A stretch of DNA of 64,000 bases. Origin: the human T2T-CHM13v2.0 reference genome, Homo sapiens. Location of the stretch: the NCBI RefSeq assembly GCF_009914755.1, contig NC_060925.1; one strand, given 5' to 3'. Positions 1 to 17,870 of this stretch are shown piece by piece. Both the position numbers and the translations under genes were made by a program. A model generated the notes under the pieces. It saw only the letters and a list, made by a program, of their open reading frames with translations. It ran no database searches and was not told the DNA's origin. Position 1 is the first letter of the stretch; the number at the start of each line of letters is the position of its first letter.

Positions 1-2846
1 TATTTATCTCTTAAATTAAGAATGATTTGTTCCCATGTAGTGCCTATCACTTGAGAATTTCAACGTGCTTCATGAGCACTGGGCTGAGTTTACATCTAGC
101 CCGGAACTTCTGCCAGAGCTCTTCTGAATCCCCCTGGAGCTCTTCTGAGTGTGCTACTATTTCCTTAATGGCACTTCTCACTCAGATCAGCTCTGTTGGG
201 ATGACAAAGAATTCTGCTGAGGTTTAGAGGAAAATGTGAATTTGAATTTGGAACGCTAGCTCTTTAATCCTCCCAGCCCTCTTTGAAATAGAGAAGTGAT
301 GAGTATTATTACATCCATTTTCTAGACTGAGTTTCAGTGGGTTGCCACTGAAACCACCTCTGCAGAGGTGACTTGCAGGCCTTCGGCTGTCCTCCACCAT
401 ATGCTGCCTCCCTGCTATAAATTGAAGTGGGAAGAGAACAGAGAGATTTGGATCCCAGAGCTTGTTTCCATGAAATTAAGTAATGTTTGATTTTTAGGCA
501 CTTAAAATGGATGAGTTAGTTTCCTCTTTGTGAGGTGTGGGTACACACACAAGATAGTTGGAAAATAGTTTGAGCTCTATCCATCTAATCTATTATTGTA
601 AGATTTGTTTTTTAAAAACACCTATTAATTTGACTCACTTTTTTATTTTTGAGTGAATTTGTGTTACCTCTATTTCATACTCATGCATAAATTATTATTG
701 CATAGCCTTCTATTCTTGAACAAACATTATTGGAGCAATTCCCTGAAAAATACTGCACTAGAAGCTGCATTGGGTAGGTAAGGGAAGGAAAAAGTGATTT
801 GTTTGTTTGTTTCGGAAGCCAGAGTATACATTAAATAATGCTTCATATGCCATCTCAAAGATGCATAATAAATAAGTTGATTTTTATATTTCACACACTT
901 TTTCATCTTAGAAAAGTTTTCAGATATATCCTCCCAACATAAATACACACAGACACACTCACACACACACAAAGTTAAAAAAAAAAAAAGTATTCTTGGA
1001 ACTCTAGAGATAATCAGCACCAAAATCCTGACATTTTTTCCCACTGTTTTCTTGTGTTAAAAACACACCACTTCTGTCAGTTATTGCAAAAGATATTTTT
1101 TTTCAAATGCAGACGTATCCTGCTACCAAGATGGAAATGTCATTATAAAAACTTTAGTTTTTCAAAAATCAACAGGATGGATTTTTAAATGCCAATTCAT
1201 CAATAATGCCCTATCACTGGGGCAGCACTGAAAAAGCATAAAATTCTCTGTCTTTGGGACTGCTGGATCCCATAATGGCTCAATGGCTAATTGCTTTATA
1301 AAAACCAGAGGCAGTATTCTTTCCACACCTCATTCTCAGGATGCAGAATTTGATTAATTGATGTTGGATGATTGGCCATCATAAGGTATGACATTTAGCC
1401 CAGACAAATGAAAGCTGGTTGAAAAAAATTGTGTGCAAAAGCATTGAAAAATAAGATCTGGAAGGGTCAAAGGGCAACAGGAAAAAGCTATTTGATGGTT
1501 AGCTCATATTTACCTTATAAATTTTTTAATAATGGTCAATGCATTTTAATCTGACTGTCTTATAGTCTGAAGTGTAAGTCAATGTATAAGCTAATTGCAG
1601 TAAGCAAAAGTGGTATTTAATGCACTGGACACTTTAACTATCAAAGTATTGTATCTCTAATTAGTGTTTGTAACTGATGTGACAGCAGTTTATAGAGCAC
1701 CAAAATAGTTCCTAATTTGTCAAGTGGGTCTGAAGCTTATGGCAGCTTTCTGATCATCTCCCTTGCCGCAGGACCTGAAAGCACCTTCAAAAAGCTTTCT
1801 CTCATTGATCTTTAGTCAGATGCTGACTGAAAAGCAGACAGCCCTGCCAGAAAGAAGATAGATAGGTGCTGCACTAGCATGAAAAACACCGCACCCTTAA
1901 TGAAAAAGATTCCTGCATATAACTCATGTGTGTGTACAAACACATCCACACAGGGGGTTTCGACAGGGATAGCAGTCCCTGGAAATTAAGGGGGAATGCA
2001 TTTGTCATTTATTTTTTCATTCTTCTCACATATAAATGCCCACCATGAATGTCTGGCATGCACTAAGCAGGCTATTTGTTAATTCCTGCATAGTGTCCCT
2101 TTTTGTTTCTCACTAAGGTTGGTAGTTTTAATGTTTAGCTTACAATTTTCAGAGTCAGTAAGCTAATGCAGCCACATAAGATAAATACGAAGTTGTGGTG
2201 TTGTCCTCAGGATAGACAAAGGATTATTTGATATTAATTTTGAACTTGTTTAAGAAAAACTACAGTTTCAAATCTCATCAATGTTTTGTGACAATCCCTT
2301 GCTATTTATCTGGTGCTAAGTGATGCTGCTGACCATAATAACCTATCAGTAGTGTATCATAATTGTATTTTGAAATATTTTATATAATTTGCAAAAGGAA
2401 AGTTACCAGCAGTGTGAATTTGTCAGCTATTCATTTAATTTGTCAGGATAACAGAATACATTACTAAAGATAACACAATGATTATCCCACCCACATTGTA
2501 TCTCATGGTCAGAATGTCAAAAGAGCACACTCTCAGCAGTTGTGGGGGAAAGTTCATTGAAAAAATGTAAGAACTACATAATTAATGAGAAAATGTTTTA
2601 TGGCTAACAAGTCCAACTAGCAATTTTTGCCACTTACTAGCCTCGGCACTCAAAATGTTTTATCTTTTATAAACAAATCTTCAGAATTGCAAGTTGCATT
2701 GCTGTATCTGTTAACTCAAGGCCCTTTCCAAGTAAATTTTAGTTTGATATCCATTATGGGGGAAAGTGTATACAATTTAGATAGCTAAACAGGGGAAATT
2801 CAAATGAAATATAACAAAAATTAAAATCTCTCTCCCATTCCTTATT

Positions 2847-4254
<1,408 letters not shown>

Positions 4255-4552
4255 TGAAAGATGGTCCGTTCTCTTAGGAAAATCGCAAACCTGAGAGTAT
4301 TTCCTCAACACGGTGCCTTCCTCAACCATGTTCCTTTATCAGTCCATATCCTGTCCTTCTCCAAGTGTTAGACTTATCACTTAGTAGTTTTCAAATCTGT
4401 CTGCTACTCTCAGTCTCCACAAACAACAACCTAATTTATTTTCATCTCTTAATGGGATACTGCCAGGGCCTCTTAATGAGTATTCCTTAATCCCACTCTA
4501 TCTCACATAAACTTATTCTTACATGAGATTCCCTTGTATAAAAAGTTTAATG

Positions 4553-7575
<3,023 letters not shown>

Positions 7576-7849
7576 ATTTGATGGATGTTCTCTAAATTCT
7601 CTTAGGATTAAAATAAAAATCTTTAATATACTTGACACAACCCTCAAAGATTTCACCTCTCTGTGCAGCTCTACCCTCACCTCAAACCTGCCCAGCTGCC
7701 TGGACTCCATATCAAATTCTCTTCTTCCAGGGCATGACTACCAGCCTCACTCTGCCTGAAATTCTGTATGGGCTCACACATTACCCAACCCCATCAAGTT
7801 GACTGCTTAGCTTCCTTCAGTTACTTCGGCTTTTTAAAATTCACATCTC

Positions 7850-9060
7850 TAAGTCCAAAAAGGGCTTTGTGCTCACCATAACTAAGTTATTGTTTTCAGA
7901 TCCATCTAGGCTTTTCTTGTTATGATGAATGATAATTTATCTCTCTTACACATTCCCACATCACCCACTCTCCTCTGGAGTTTTGTACTCTAATAATTTT
8001 TAGGTAAAACAATAGTTTATATTATTTTGATTATATAAATATTACTGCAGAGAAAATAATGTGTTAAGAATCTATGTCATTTCTTTTACATTTTTTCCTG
8101 CAATTATGAAATGTCTTATTTTTCACATGTGCACTATACTATATATATTTGAACATTTAAAATTACTTTATATATGCTGTCATACATTATCGCTATTTTT
8201 CCAAATGCTCAAAAATACCAAAATATGTTAATCTCACTTTTCCCTTTAAAAATCTTTCATTTTACTCAAATCTGTATTAATTATAGATTTTAAAATCTTT
8301 CTAAAATTATTTTTATCTGTGTCTGTGTTAATTACAGGTTAATTTTTAGGCATGCCACACAGTTGTCATCCTAGCTTCTTTTCACTTTTATCCAATAAAG
8401 GTGGATAAAGTACACTACTCTAACAGCTTTCTAAGAAAGGGCATGTAAGAGGTAGATACAGAGTCCTTGATGTCAGGAGATGTCCTTGTCTAGTCTGATT
8501 CTGGACTGATAGACTGCTGTCTTTTAGGAAGTGGTAGAGGGAGTGATAATATGGTGTTTCCTGTTGATATGCAGATTTTCATTTGACCCTTCTGCCAACC
8601 TGAAATTTTACCCTTACTGTTTACCACATCTAGTGTCCCTAAATTCTGAACATCTTGTTTCAATTTATCTGGAAAATTTACCTCCTCCCTTTTGTGGGTG
8701 TGTTGGGCAGGGAAGGATGGTTATCACTCAGCAAATCACTATCTGGTGTGAAGAAGGAAGCTTGCTATCTGATTCTCCAGTATATAGGCTTTCAATACTT
8801 TCCCCCTTCTAAACCCACACCTTAATCCCAGTTTGCTTTACCTGGTGCCTCAAAGTCTTGAAGCTTTCAGGGGTTCAAAGCTCATGTCCCCTTAGCTTGC
8901 ATTACCCTGTAGTCTGCTTTGCCCTGTTGAAGCAGTAGTTACTTCTCTACTTATTTTCTGCTTTCTAAAACTTCTTTTGAAATAGCTTGACGGACTGCTG
9001 ATTTTCTTTGTGATATAATGTGTTAAATCAAAATATATATATATTGTTCTTTCATTTTGG
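7850..9060 (-). mobile_element. Ancient HAL1/L1ME-like LINE fragment
   Basis: Degenerate motifs such as 'cacagttgtcatcctag' and 'ctaacagctttctaagaaagggcatg' resemble old L1ME/HAL1; boundaries approximate. Confidence 0.4.
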
Positions 9061-9169
9061 GTCTTGGGAAAGAGAAAAGATGAATTAATCTGGTGAATCT
9101 GGCATCTTTCCTAAAGAATACTGTCCGTGAAAAGCATTTCTGAGGTACACCTAATATGTAGGTCAAACA

Positions 9170-9282
9170 CAGAATGAGCAGTTGTCCTCATTTGCTTAGG
9201 GCTAAGGGGTTTCCTAGGATGTGGGACTTCCATTGTGATGACTGGTAAAGACCAAGGCAAACAAAAACTATTGGTCACTCTA
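9170..9282. mobile_element. MER81 (hAT-Blackjack MITE)
   Basis: About 113 bp matching MER81 layout: 'ttgtcctcatttgcttagggctaaggggtttcctaggatgtgggactt...ggcaaac...ttggtcactcta'. Confidence 0.75.
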
Positions 9283-9789
9283 GAATAGCTTCCTATTATG
9301 GCATACTTAGAAGTAGTGCATCCTTCTGAGTGGGAAGCACTTCTGTTATCTCCAGTGGGTTCAAGTATCATTCACAAATATTTATTGGGCATCTACTATG
9401 CGTAATGCACTAAGCCAGGCAATTCAGAAGGAACATAAGTCAGGTTTCAACCCCATAAACTGTTAGGATCTTTTTTTCTTTACTTGTCTTTCTTTTTTGA
9501 CATCAGTAAAGGTACATCACTTAGGATAAAGACACAAATCCTAGAAAATAATCTGCCATCTGTCTCACTATGACAGATTTTGTCCTTGAAAGTTATGTTG
9601 TAAGTGTGTGTGTGTATTTCCTACTTTTCTCTTTTTAAAAATTAAACCCTACTAATTGTTACGTTTGATTGTCACAGATGCTGGATTTTGTGGTCACGTC
9701 ATGAGCATTAAAAATTCAACCAGCAGACATTGTCTAATTCAGAAGAGTAATATCGCTGTCATAGTTCTAGGGGTAGCTGTAATCTACAG

Positions 9790-10488
9790 AGAAACAAGCC
9801 CAGTGCTATAGGCATAACAAAAAAGATAAATAAATAAGCAATACAATTATCACACCAAAAAATAATAATTCCTTAATATTATCAAATATTAATTTTGCTA
9901 ATAATGAACACTTTTTAACTTGTCTTTTACTTGCCATCTCTGTTGCTTTTTAATATCTTGGAACCTTCTCTTTCCATGGCTTGTAAAAAAATTTCTATAT
10001 CCCACCCAATACTACCAGTTAGGTCAGGCCATTTGGGGCACTTTTCCCTTGTCTTCATGCACTAGAGGCTACTCTTTGGGCCCCTTTTTTGATGTGTCCT
10101 TCTCAACAGGTGAAGAGTCTCAGGACCAAAGAGACACACCTATCTTGAGCTTTCCTCCTACCCTCAGAATGTGCTCCAAGTACTTGTGCCACCAAATGGC
10201 TCTGAGCCTGCTTCTAGGACAAAACTATCCTCTTCTTTGAATCTGTTCTACTTGGGCAACTGTGCTACCAAAATGCATATTTCCTTGGCCTAAACTGTGG
10301 CAAAGAGTGGCATTTGCAAGAGAAGGGATTGTAATGGAACTTGGGTTTACAGACTGGGTTGTCCACTATCCACATAACATGCACAAATGGCAGGATGGAT
10401 TCAGGGATGAGAAGAGAAAAGGGTCGAATCTTGTATAGACCCATTTTGTGCTTTTGTCCTGGGCCCTGCAAATGTTAGAGGTGGGTCA
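9790..10488. mobile_element. MER115/Zaphod-like hAT-Tip100 element
   Basis: Terminus 'tgtcctgggccctgcaaatgttagaggtgggtc' and internal 'ggaacttggg...gactgggttgtccac' resemble MER115; about 700 bp. Confidence 0.5.
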
Positions 10489-10649
10489 TTCTTACCGCTA
10501 CTTCTATTTATCTCTTAACAGCTCCCTTTTCTCCAAATAAAAAAAAAAAACAAAAAAACAAAAACAAAAAAAAAAAAAACCATACGTTACTATTCCTAGG
10601 ATTATATATTTGACTATTTTCTCACTAATAAATTATTGCCTAATCCTTC

Positions 10650-11016
10650 TGTATTAGTCCATTTTCACACTGCTCTAAAGAAATATCTGAGACTGGGAAA
10701 TTTATAAAGGAAAAAGATTTAATTGGCTCAGTTCTGCATGGCTGGGGAGGCCACAGGAAACTTACAATCATGGTGGAAGGTGAAGGGAAAGCAAAGATAT
10801 TTTTCACATGGCAGCAGGAGAGAGAGAGCAAGCAAGAGCAGGGAAAACTGCCTTATAAAACCATCAGATCTTGTGAGAACTCACTTACTAACACAAGAAC
10901 AGCATGGGGGAAACTGCCCTCATGATCCAATCACCTCACATCTTGTCCCTCTCTCACACATGGGGATTACAATTCAAAATGAGATTTGGGTGGGGACATG
11001 AAGCCAAACCATTTCA
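10650..11016 (-). mobile_element. THE1D/MSTA solo LTR (ERVL-MaLR)
   Basis: 'tgtattagtccattttcacactgct...gagatttgggtggggaca...ccatttca'; 5-bp TSD ccttc/ccatc. Confidence 0.9.
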
Positions 11017-11039
11017 CCATCTACACCTACATATCAATG

Positions 11040-12200
11040 ATTCTGAGAACTAAATTTGCACTAGACTGTAACATTCAAACACTTTAAATAAATTTGTTTT
11101 CTATGCCTATGCCTGTATTTAGGATCCCATGATTACCTCAAAATTAACTTGCTTATAATAGAACATGCTACCCCCACCTCCATATCTGATTTTCTACCTA
11201 GGTTCTCTACCTTGTCTAACCAGAAACATGAAAATGTCTTTCTTATCTCCCCTCTTCTTTCATTCATATTTACTCATTATCCAAATCCTGTGCATTGTAT
11301 TTTTTTTTAGATGGAATCTTGCTCTGTCACCAGGCTGCAGTGCAGTAGTGCAATCTCTGCTCACAATTCTCCTGCCTCAGCCTCCCCAGTAGCTGGGACT
11401 ATGGGCGTGCACCACCACACCCAGATAATTTTTGTACTTTTAATAGAGATGGGGTTTCACCATGTTGGCCAGGATGGTCTCAATCTCCTGATCTTGTGAT
11501 CCGCCTGCCTCAGCCTCACACAGTGTTGGGATTACAGGCGTGAGCCACTGAACCTGGCGCATTGTAATATTTTAATCTCCATCAAATGTGTCCACTCTCC
11601 TAACTTTATGGGCTTATACGTTCATTGCCTCTTAGTGAATTCAGGATCTAATTGTTTAATTAACTGACTGACTTATACGTGCTCATAGCAGACCTTATTT
11701 TAATTTCCTTTCCTGAAAACTACTCTCCATACTGTCATGACTAACAAAAATCCATTAGCATCTCATTATTGCTTTCAAAATGACACTGAAACTTATCACC
11801 ATTGTATATGTACTCTAGACCCCATCCTAGTTCTCCAAGTCATTTTCTCAGTGTGTATTCTTTGCTCTTCTAATACAGAACTGGTTACAACCACCACTCT
11901 CTGTAAAGTCTCCATGCTTCCACACACTTTTCTATTGCTACTTCTGGCTAACATTTTCTCAACCTTTGAAGACATAGCTAGGTGCATCTTTATCCCTCCT
12001 CCCATGGTGCTTCCCTGGCTTGCTGTGCCGCTCTTTCATAGAACCTACCACACAGTGGTGAAAAGTGTTTTGCCAAATGTCTCCCCATGTAGACTGTGTT
12101 CTCTTGAAGGGCAAGGATTCTGTACTGCTGATCTTCATTTTCTCATAATCTGGTATAGTTCCATTTCTGTAATTAAAGAGTAATCTATAAGTGAATAAGC
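11040..12200 (+). mobile_element. L2 fragments, interrupted by an Alu
   Basis: Degenerate L2 3' motifs ('acctcaaaattaactt', 'tagactgtgttctcttgaagggcaagg'). Confidence 0.5.
11300..11558 (-). mobile_element. AluSc-like element with about 27-bp internal deletion
   Basis: Alu with 'gtcaccaggct' and 'caggatggtctc'; 'gctcac|aattctcc' lacks the tgcaacctcc...ttcaag segment; flanking repeat gcattgta. Confidence 0.9.
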
Positions 12201-12289
12201 AAAATGAAAAAAATCACAGGCTGGTTGTAAATTGAGATTTTGCACTTAGGTAGACTTCCATTAAAATAAAAACTCTGGCACTTGTATTC

Positions 12290-13130
12290 AGAAAACAAGC
12301 AATAACAAATGCTGATGAGGATGTGGAGAAAAGGGAACCCTCATAGACTGTTAGTGGGAATGTAAATTAGTACAACCACTATGGAGGACAGTTTGGAGGA
12401 GCTTCCTCAAAAAAACTAAAAGTAGAGATATCATATGATCCAGCAGTCCCACTGCTGGGTTTATGCCCCAAAGAAAGGAAATCAGTACATGGAAGAGATA
12501 TCTACCCTCCCATGTTTGTTGCAGCACTATTCACAATAGTTAAGATTTGGAAGCAACCTAAGTGTCCATCAACAAATGAATGGGCAAAGAAAAATGTGGT
12601 ACGTATACACAATGGAGTACTATCTAGTCATAAAATAGAATGAGATCCTGTCATTTGCAACAACATGGATGAAACTGGAAAGCATTATGTTAAATGAAAT
12701 AAGCCAGGCACAGAAAGATAAACATTGCATGTTCTCACTTATTTGTGAGAATCTAAAAATCAAAACAATTGAGCTTATGGACATAGAGAGTAAAAGGATG
12801 GTTACCAGAGGCTGGGAAGGGTAGTGGAAGGGTCAGGTGGGGGATGTGGAGATGGTTAATTGGTACAAAAAATAGATTGAAAGACCTAACATTTGAAGCA
12901 CAACAGGGTGAGTATAGTCAATAATAACTTAATTGTACATTTTAAATAACTAAAAGAGTGTAATTGGATTGTTTGCACAACAAAGGATAAATAGTTGAGG
13001 AGATGGATACCCACTCTCCATGGTGTGATTATTATGCATTGCAGGCCTATAACAAAACCCCTCATGTACCCCATAAATATATATACCTTCTCTGTACCCC
13101 CAGAAATTAAAATTAAAAAATTTAAAAAGA
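12290..13130 (+). mobile_element. L1MA (about L1MA2/3) 3' end
   Basis: ORF2 C-terminus 'aacaaatgctgatgaggatgtggagaaaagggaacc' and L1MA 3'UTR 'gcacaacagggtgagtatagtcaataataac...gtacccc...aattaaaa'. Confidence 0.9.
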
Positions 13131-16100
13131 TTAACCATTTGTCTACAAATAATTCCCCAGTTTGTCAAATATCTAGAATTTTATTTCATGATAACTTATA
13201 GAAAACAGGTTTTAGATTTTTAAGAAATTAAATCTACTTTTTTTAAAATTCTGGTATTCTTAGCTGTGTGATTTGGAGCAAATGCCTTAATCTGTCAGAG
13301 ACTCAGTTACCTCATCGCTAAACGAAAGTTGAAATGAAGATTAAATATGTTAGTGAGACTTAACTGATGCATATATCTTCCTTTTTGAAATGAATGAAAG
13401 AAAAAGTTAAAATGATTTCAGTGTTTTGGGGTCTACAAAAATGGAAGAATTGTTGCTAATTCTATGACAGCTGTGAACTAAGCACCTCAATTTTGATAAT
13501 CTTCTAAATTACTCCAAAAACTTTATAGAGTGCTGGGTTCTGTGATATCAGTGAAACTGGTATATTTCAAGCAATTGTCTTATTTACTTAGGCTTAAACC
13601 TCTGGCTTAGTTAGACTTAAAATTATTGATGACTATAAGTGAGACAGTTGAATACTAATAGTGATAATGTCATTAATAATAAGATGAATGTAACACTTCT
13701 ATTTAAAATATTTTTAAAATTCCGTTTGAGGCACATTGAGAAACTGTTTCCAATCATGTAGTGCTTCGGGCAGTTGCAAATGTTAGCTTCAGACAGATTT
13801 ACTTGATGGTCAGTAATAGAAGGGAAAGGTGGTTCATAATATAGCAAAAGTTACCTTCAGTGATAAGCTCTGCAAATAAGATTACCCTTTCAGTGTGTTT
13901 GAAAAGGGTTTTCTAGCACATTTAGATGTTTCTAGTTTCCTATCCTCAGACATAGCAATCACTATCAGTAGCACTCTCTTCAAATACAAAGGACAGTGAT
14001 GCCTGTAATCATGTTTCTGAAAAAATTCAGGTCATGCTTAGATTTATTTGGCTGTATACATTCAAAGGAAACTTCCTTTGGTGTTTTTTTTTCACCTCTA
14101 AGGAACATCTACTTAAATAAGCCTTTTACTAAGAGTTTAGTTCTTACAGCTATTCTTAACCTTTGATATGTAGCCACAAAATCAAAGGACTTTGGAAATC
14201 GGGGGGAACCTCATTGGGAATTTAGTGCTTATGTGAATGAGGAAATTGAATTGAAGCTCCAGAATTTTATGAAACTTGCTATAGGTTGCACAGTTGGTAG
14301 CAAGTCAGCATCAAAACCTGGTTTTCCTGACTTTCAATTTGATATGACTGGGCTGACTTTGACTCCAAAATGTTTTGGGAGTTTCAAGTGGATGAATAGA
14401 GAAAGGGGATACTTGTCTCAGTGGGCATTTTAAAAAGACTGAACAGCTAGATATTTTCTAGAGATCAACAGTCCAAGTCATCAGGGCAAGGCCAATAGCC
14501 AATTTTTATAAATTCTAGGCTAGAGGTGTTCTCCAAAGGAGGCGAATCTGAGAAGGGAGGGTAGGACACAATTGTTGGATTTCTGGTGAATGGCAGATTT
14601 CAGCATCACATCGGGATTTGAATAGCTACAAGGACACCAGAAACAAATACCAAATTTGAGAAAAGGACCTAGGGCTGGGCTTCTCTTCTAGTATAGATTG
14701 GTTTGATTATCAGAAGATTGAGGTCTATAAGAAGATATTAGATAGACTATAGAAGTGTGATGGATATTACTTTGATGACCACAGCCACATAATCCAGGGC
14801 CATCAGGGCTCTGTTCAACCCTGGGCACAAAAGGGATGGAGGAAAGTGGGGGAATTTCCCAACCATAATAACCATTGTTACTGGAAGGTGGTCCCTACAT
14901 ACTGTTGGGCAGAGTCTCCAGAATACAAGAACTGAGCAGAGCTGAACTTTCAGGTGCTAGACTCCAGGCCAGACCCTTGGCCAACCTGTGTATGGAAAGA
15001 GCAGGCAGCAGTAACAAGATCCTGAACTCCTTCCTTCCTTTCAGACTGCCCATGAAAAATGTGCATACCACTAAAGGCCCTTGTCTCTTTCTGTGTGTAA
15101 ACATATGGCACTCTTCTAGAAATGCAGGTGGCTTTTCCAGAGAAAGTGACAGAGTTGGGAGGTAGGAGCATGTTATTTCCTCTGAATTTAGGTTGCTGCA
15201 TACACAGTAGCTTGAACTATAAATTTCATATTAAATAAATCATTTTGTAATACGATTCACCACTATCATTTTCAGAAATAAATTTACCATATTAGACTAT
15301 GACTTAATTCCTCTAAACTGGCATCATATGAACCTTGAACCCCATAATGCATGCCCTTCACAAATTCATATGGCCCCCAAGTTGATTCAAACTCTCTGGG
15401 GAATAAAATCCACTGTGTGTTACTTGCTTATGAACTCTAGGCCAAAGCATAAAGTAACTTTCAGAATCTAGTTACTTGGCCTAGTGGCTTTGAGTGTAAG
15501 TTTATTATGCTATCACCAACATGTTTATGATCAGTTTTAGCTAGTGCAGGCTATAAAGTACTTTTCCCTTGACCCAGTCAGTTAATTTTAAAATGTCTTG
15601 GGCCAAAACTCTCTGTGGAAAACAAGCTTCTGGTATCCCTAGGTAAATTTGTGGTTTACTTCTCTTTTGTTTTGTGCTATTTCACTCTATAAACAATGAG
15701 AGTGACTTTTTAAATATATATAGTTTTTCTATTTCCTAATTTTTAAAGAATTTGGCACTTTAGATATAAAGAATCCAAAATGTGCTGCTTAACCTTTTGT
15801 TTGGAATCAACATGAACTTACTCTTTATTTGAGAATCCCTTAAAAATAAAGTATCCTTCTCAGAGATCCTTTCACTATGACCATTTTTCTAAGTTACAGA
15901 TACAAAGAACAAGAGCTTTATAATTACTTACCATCTGGTGACTAGTTCCTCCTGAAATGCCTTCCACCCATCCATATTTTAATGTCTTTTTCTTTCAATC
16001 ATGTGTAATACCTCAGCCAAATATATTGGTTTATCAGTTATTTTCCCAGCTTCTCTGGGCGGCATTTGTTGTATGAATATTCATTCTTTTTCCTTCTAGG

Positions 16101-17573
16101 CCTTCCTCTCTTGCTGATGACAGCTCCACAGTTGCTGAAACACTAGGTCTATACTTTATAGGCAGCACAAAAGGTTTCTGGACTTAAGGTTCCTGATCTG
16201 TGTGACTCTCTCTATGTGAGAATCTGAAAGCTCATTCTATTGTTGTTGCTATAAATTGGAAAAACACCAAATGTGGACATTAACCTAGCTTTAGAAGCCA
16301 AATTGACAGGTATATCCTAAAGGGAAATAATGTCTAAAACCTTTTGCTAACTAAATATCTATTTATTTATTATCTATCTATCTATCATGTATCTCTCAAA
16401 ACAAAGCTTACACATACACATGATTATAAATACATAAACCACAGCCACTGAAAATAAAAATTTAAGCCCCAGAGATGCCTTTTTGTGACTCATATACATA
16501 ATTATTGCTTCTTATATTTGTAGGCACAGGGTCAAGGCACAATTGTAAAGATAATTTTAGCCCTTGCTTTCAGCTAACAGCCACCTGCTATCATTTCAGA
16601 GTGTGCAATGAGCCTGTGCCATGGCCAACTGTGGCTGTGTGGTTCCATGGCAGGTTGTGGTGTTTTGGGTACATAATGAGACATGAGTGGAAGTCTCCGA
16701 ATTCTAGTTTAATGCAGAGCTGCCAGTCACTCATCAATCTGCAGGGTCTTATTTTAAGAACAAGTGGATGAATAAAAGGATATATTAAATAAGGTGTTTT
16801 TTCCCTTTAAAAAAATACAGTTGCTAACATAGATAAGTGAATTTGGCAGCACATTGGACTTGGCATCAAGCAAAAATTTTCATTGTAAGATTTACACCTG
16901 ACAAAAATTTCATTTAAATTTTTTGAGTTTCATGTCTTTAAAAGGAAAACTCAATCTGTATATCTCTATTTTAAAAAATTTAAGAGATATTGATTCCCTT
17001 CTCCTTTTATTCTACAAATATTTATGGAACTCCTACTGTATAGTTACCATTCCATCAGAAATAAGTGGAAAGGCATTTAGAATATCCTTTAAGATCTAGA
17101 GCTTATCAAATGTGGATGAGGTCTCTCTATGATCCAACTGTCATTTTGCTGCCAAAGAGAAAAGTGAGGTGATTCCAGCTATTTCACCTGTGTCACTTTT
17201 ACTTGTCATGATCTTTTTCTACTATTTTAAATCAGTGGTTTTAAAAAAATGTTAAAAGCATAATATTAAGATTGGCAATGTTTCTAGTAAATTGTTTCTA
17301 AATTCAGCTATACAAATGTGACTCATCAGAGGGGGGACAAGTGCCAAATACCAAACAGAAGTTGTTGCTCATGTACAAACCTCACTACTGAATGTTTGTG
17401 TTTATTAAAAAAAAAAAATCCAAACATCTAATTTTAGTTTCCAGGGAAAAATAAAATGAGAACTTTATGTAAAAGTGGGTCAAATTTTCAGTTTTTTTAA
17501 AAATGCTTCATACGAAATGCTTTCGAAATTCAAAAGGAAGTAAAATGAAAGCAGCAGAAGTAACACAAATGTA

Positions 17574-17870
17574 TTTTTATTTTATTTATTTATTTTTTTC
17601 GAGAAGGGGTCTCACTTTGTTTCCCAGGCTGGAGTGTACTGGCTCAATACAACCTCCACCTCCCTTGTTCAAGTGATTCTTCTGCCTCAACTCCCTTAGT
17701 AGCTGAGACTGCAGGCAAGCACCACAATACCCGGCTAATTTTTGTATTTTTAGTAGAGGCGGGGTTTTGCCATGTTGGCCAGGCTAGTCTCAAACTCCTT
17801 GCTTCAAGTGATCGGCCCGCCTCAGCCTCCCAAAGTGCTGCGATTACAGACATGAGCCACCGTACCCGGC
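17574..17870 (-). mobile_element. AluS with small internal deletion
   Basis: Dimeric Alu with (TTTA)n tail, ends 'ccacc...cccggc'. Confidence 0.93.
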
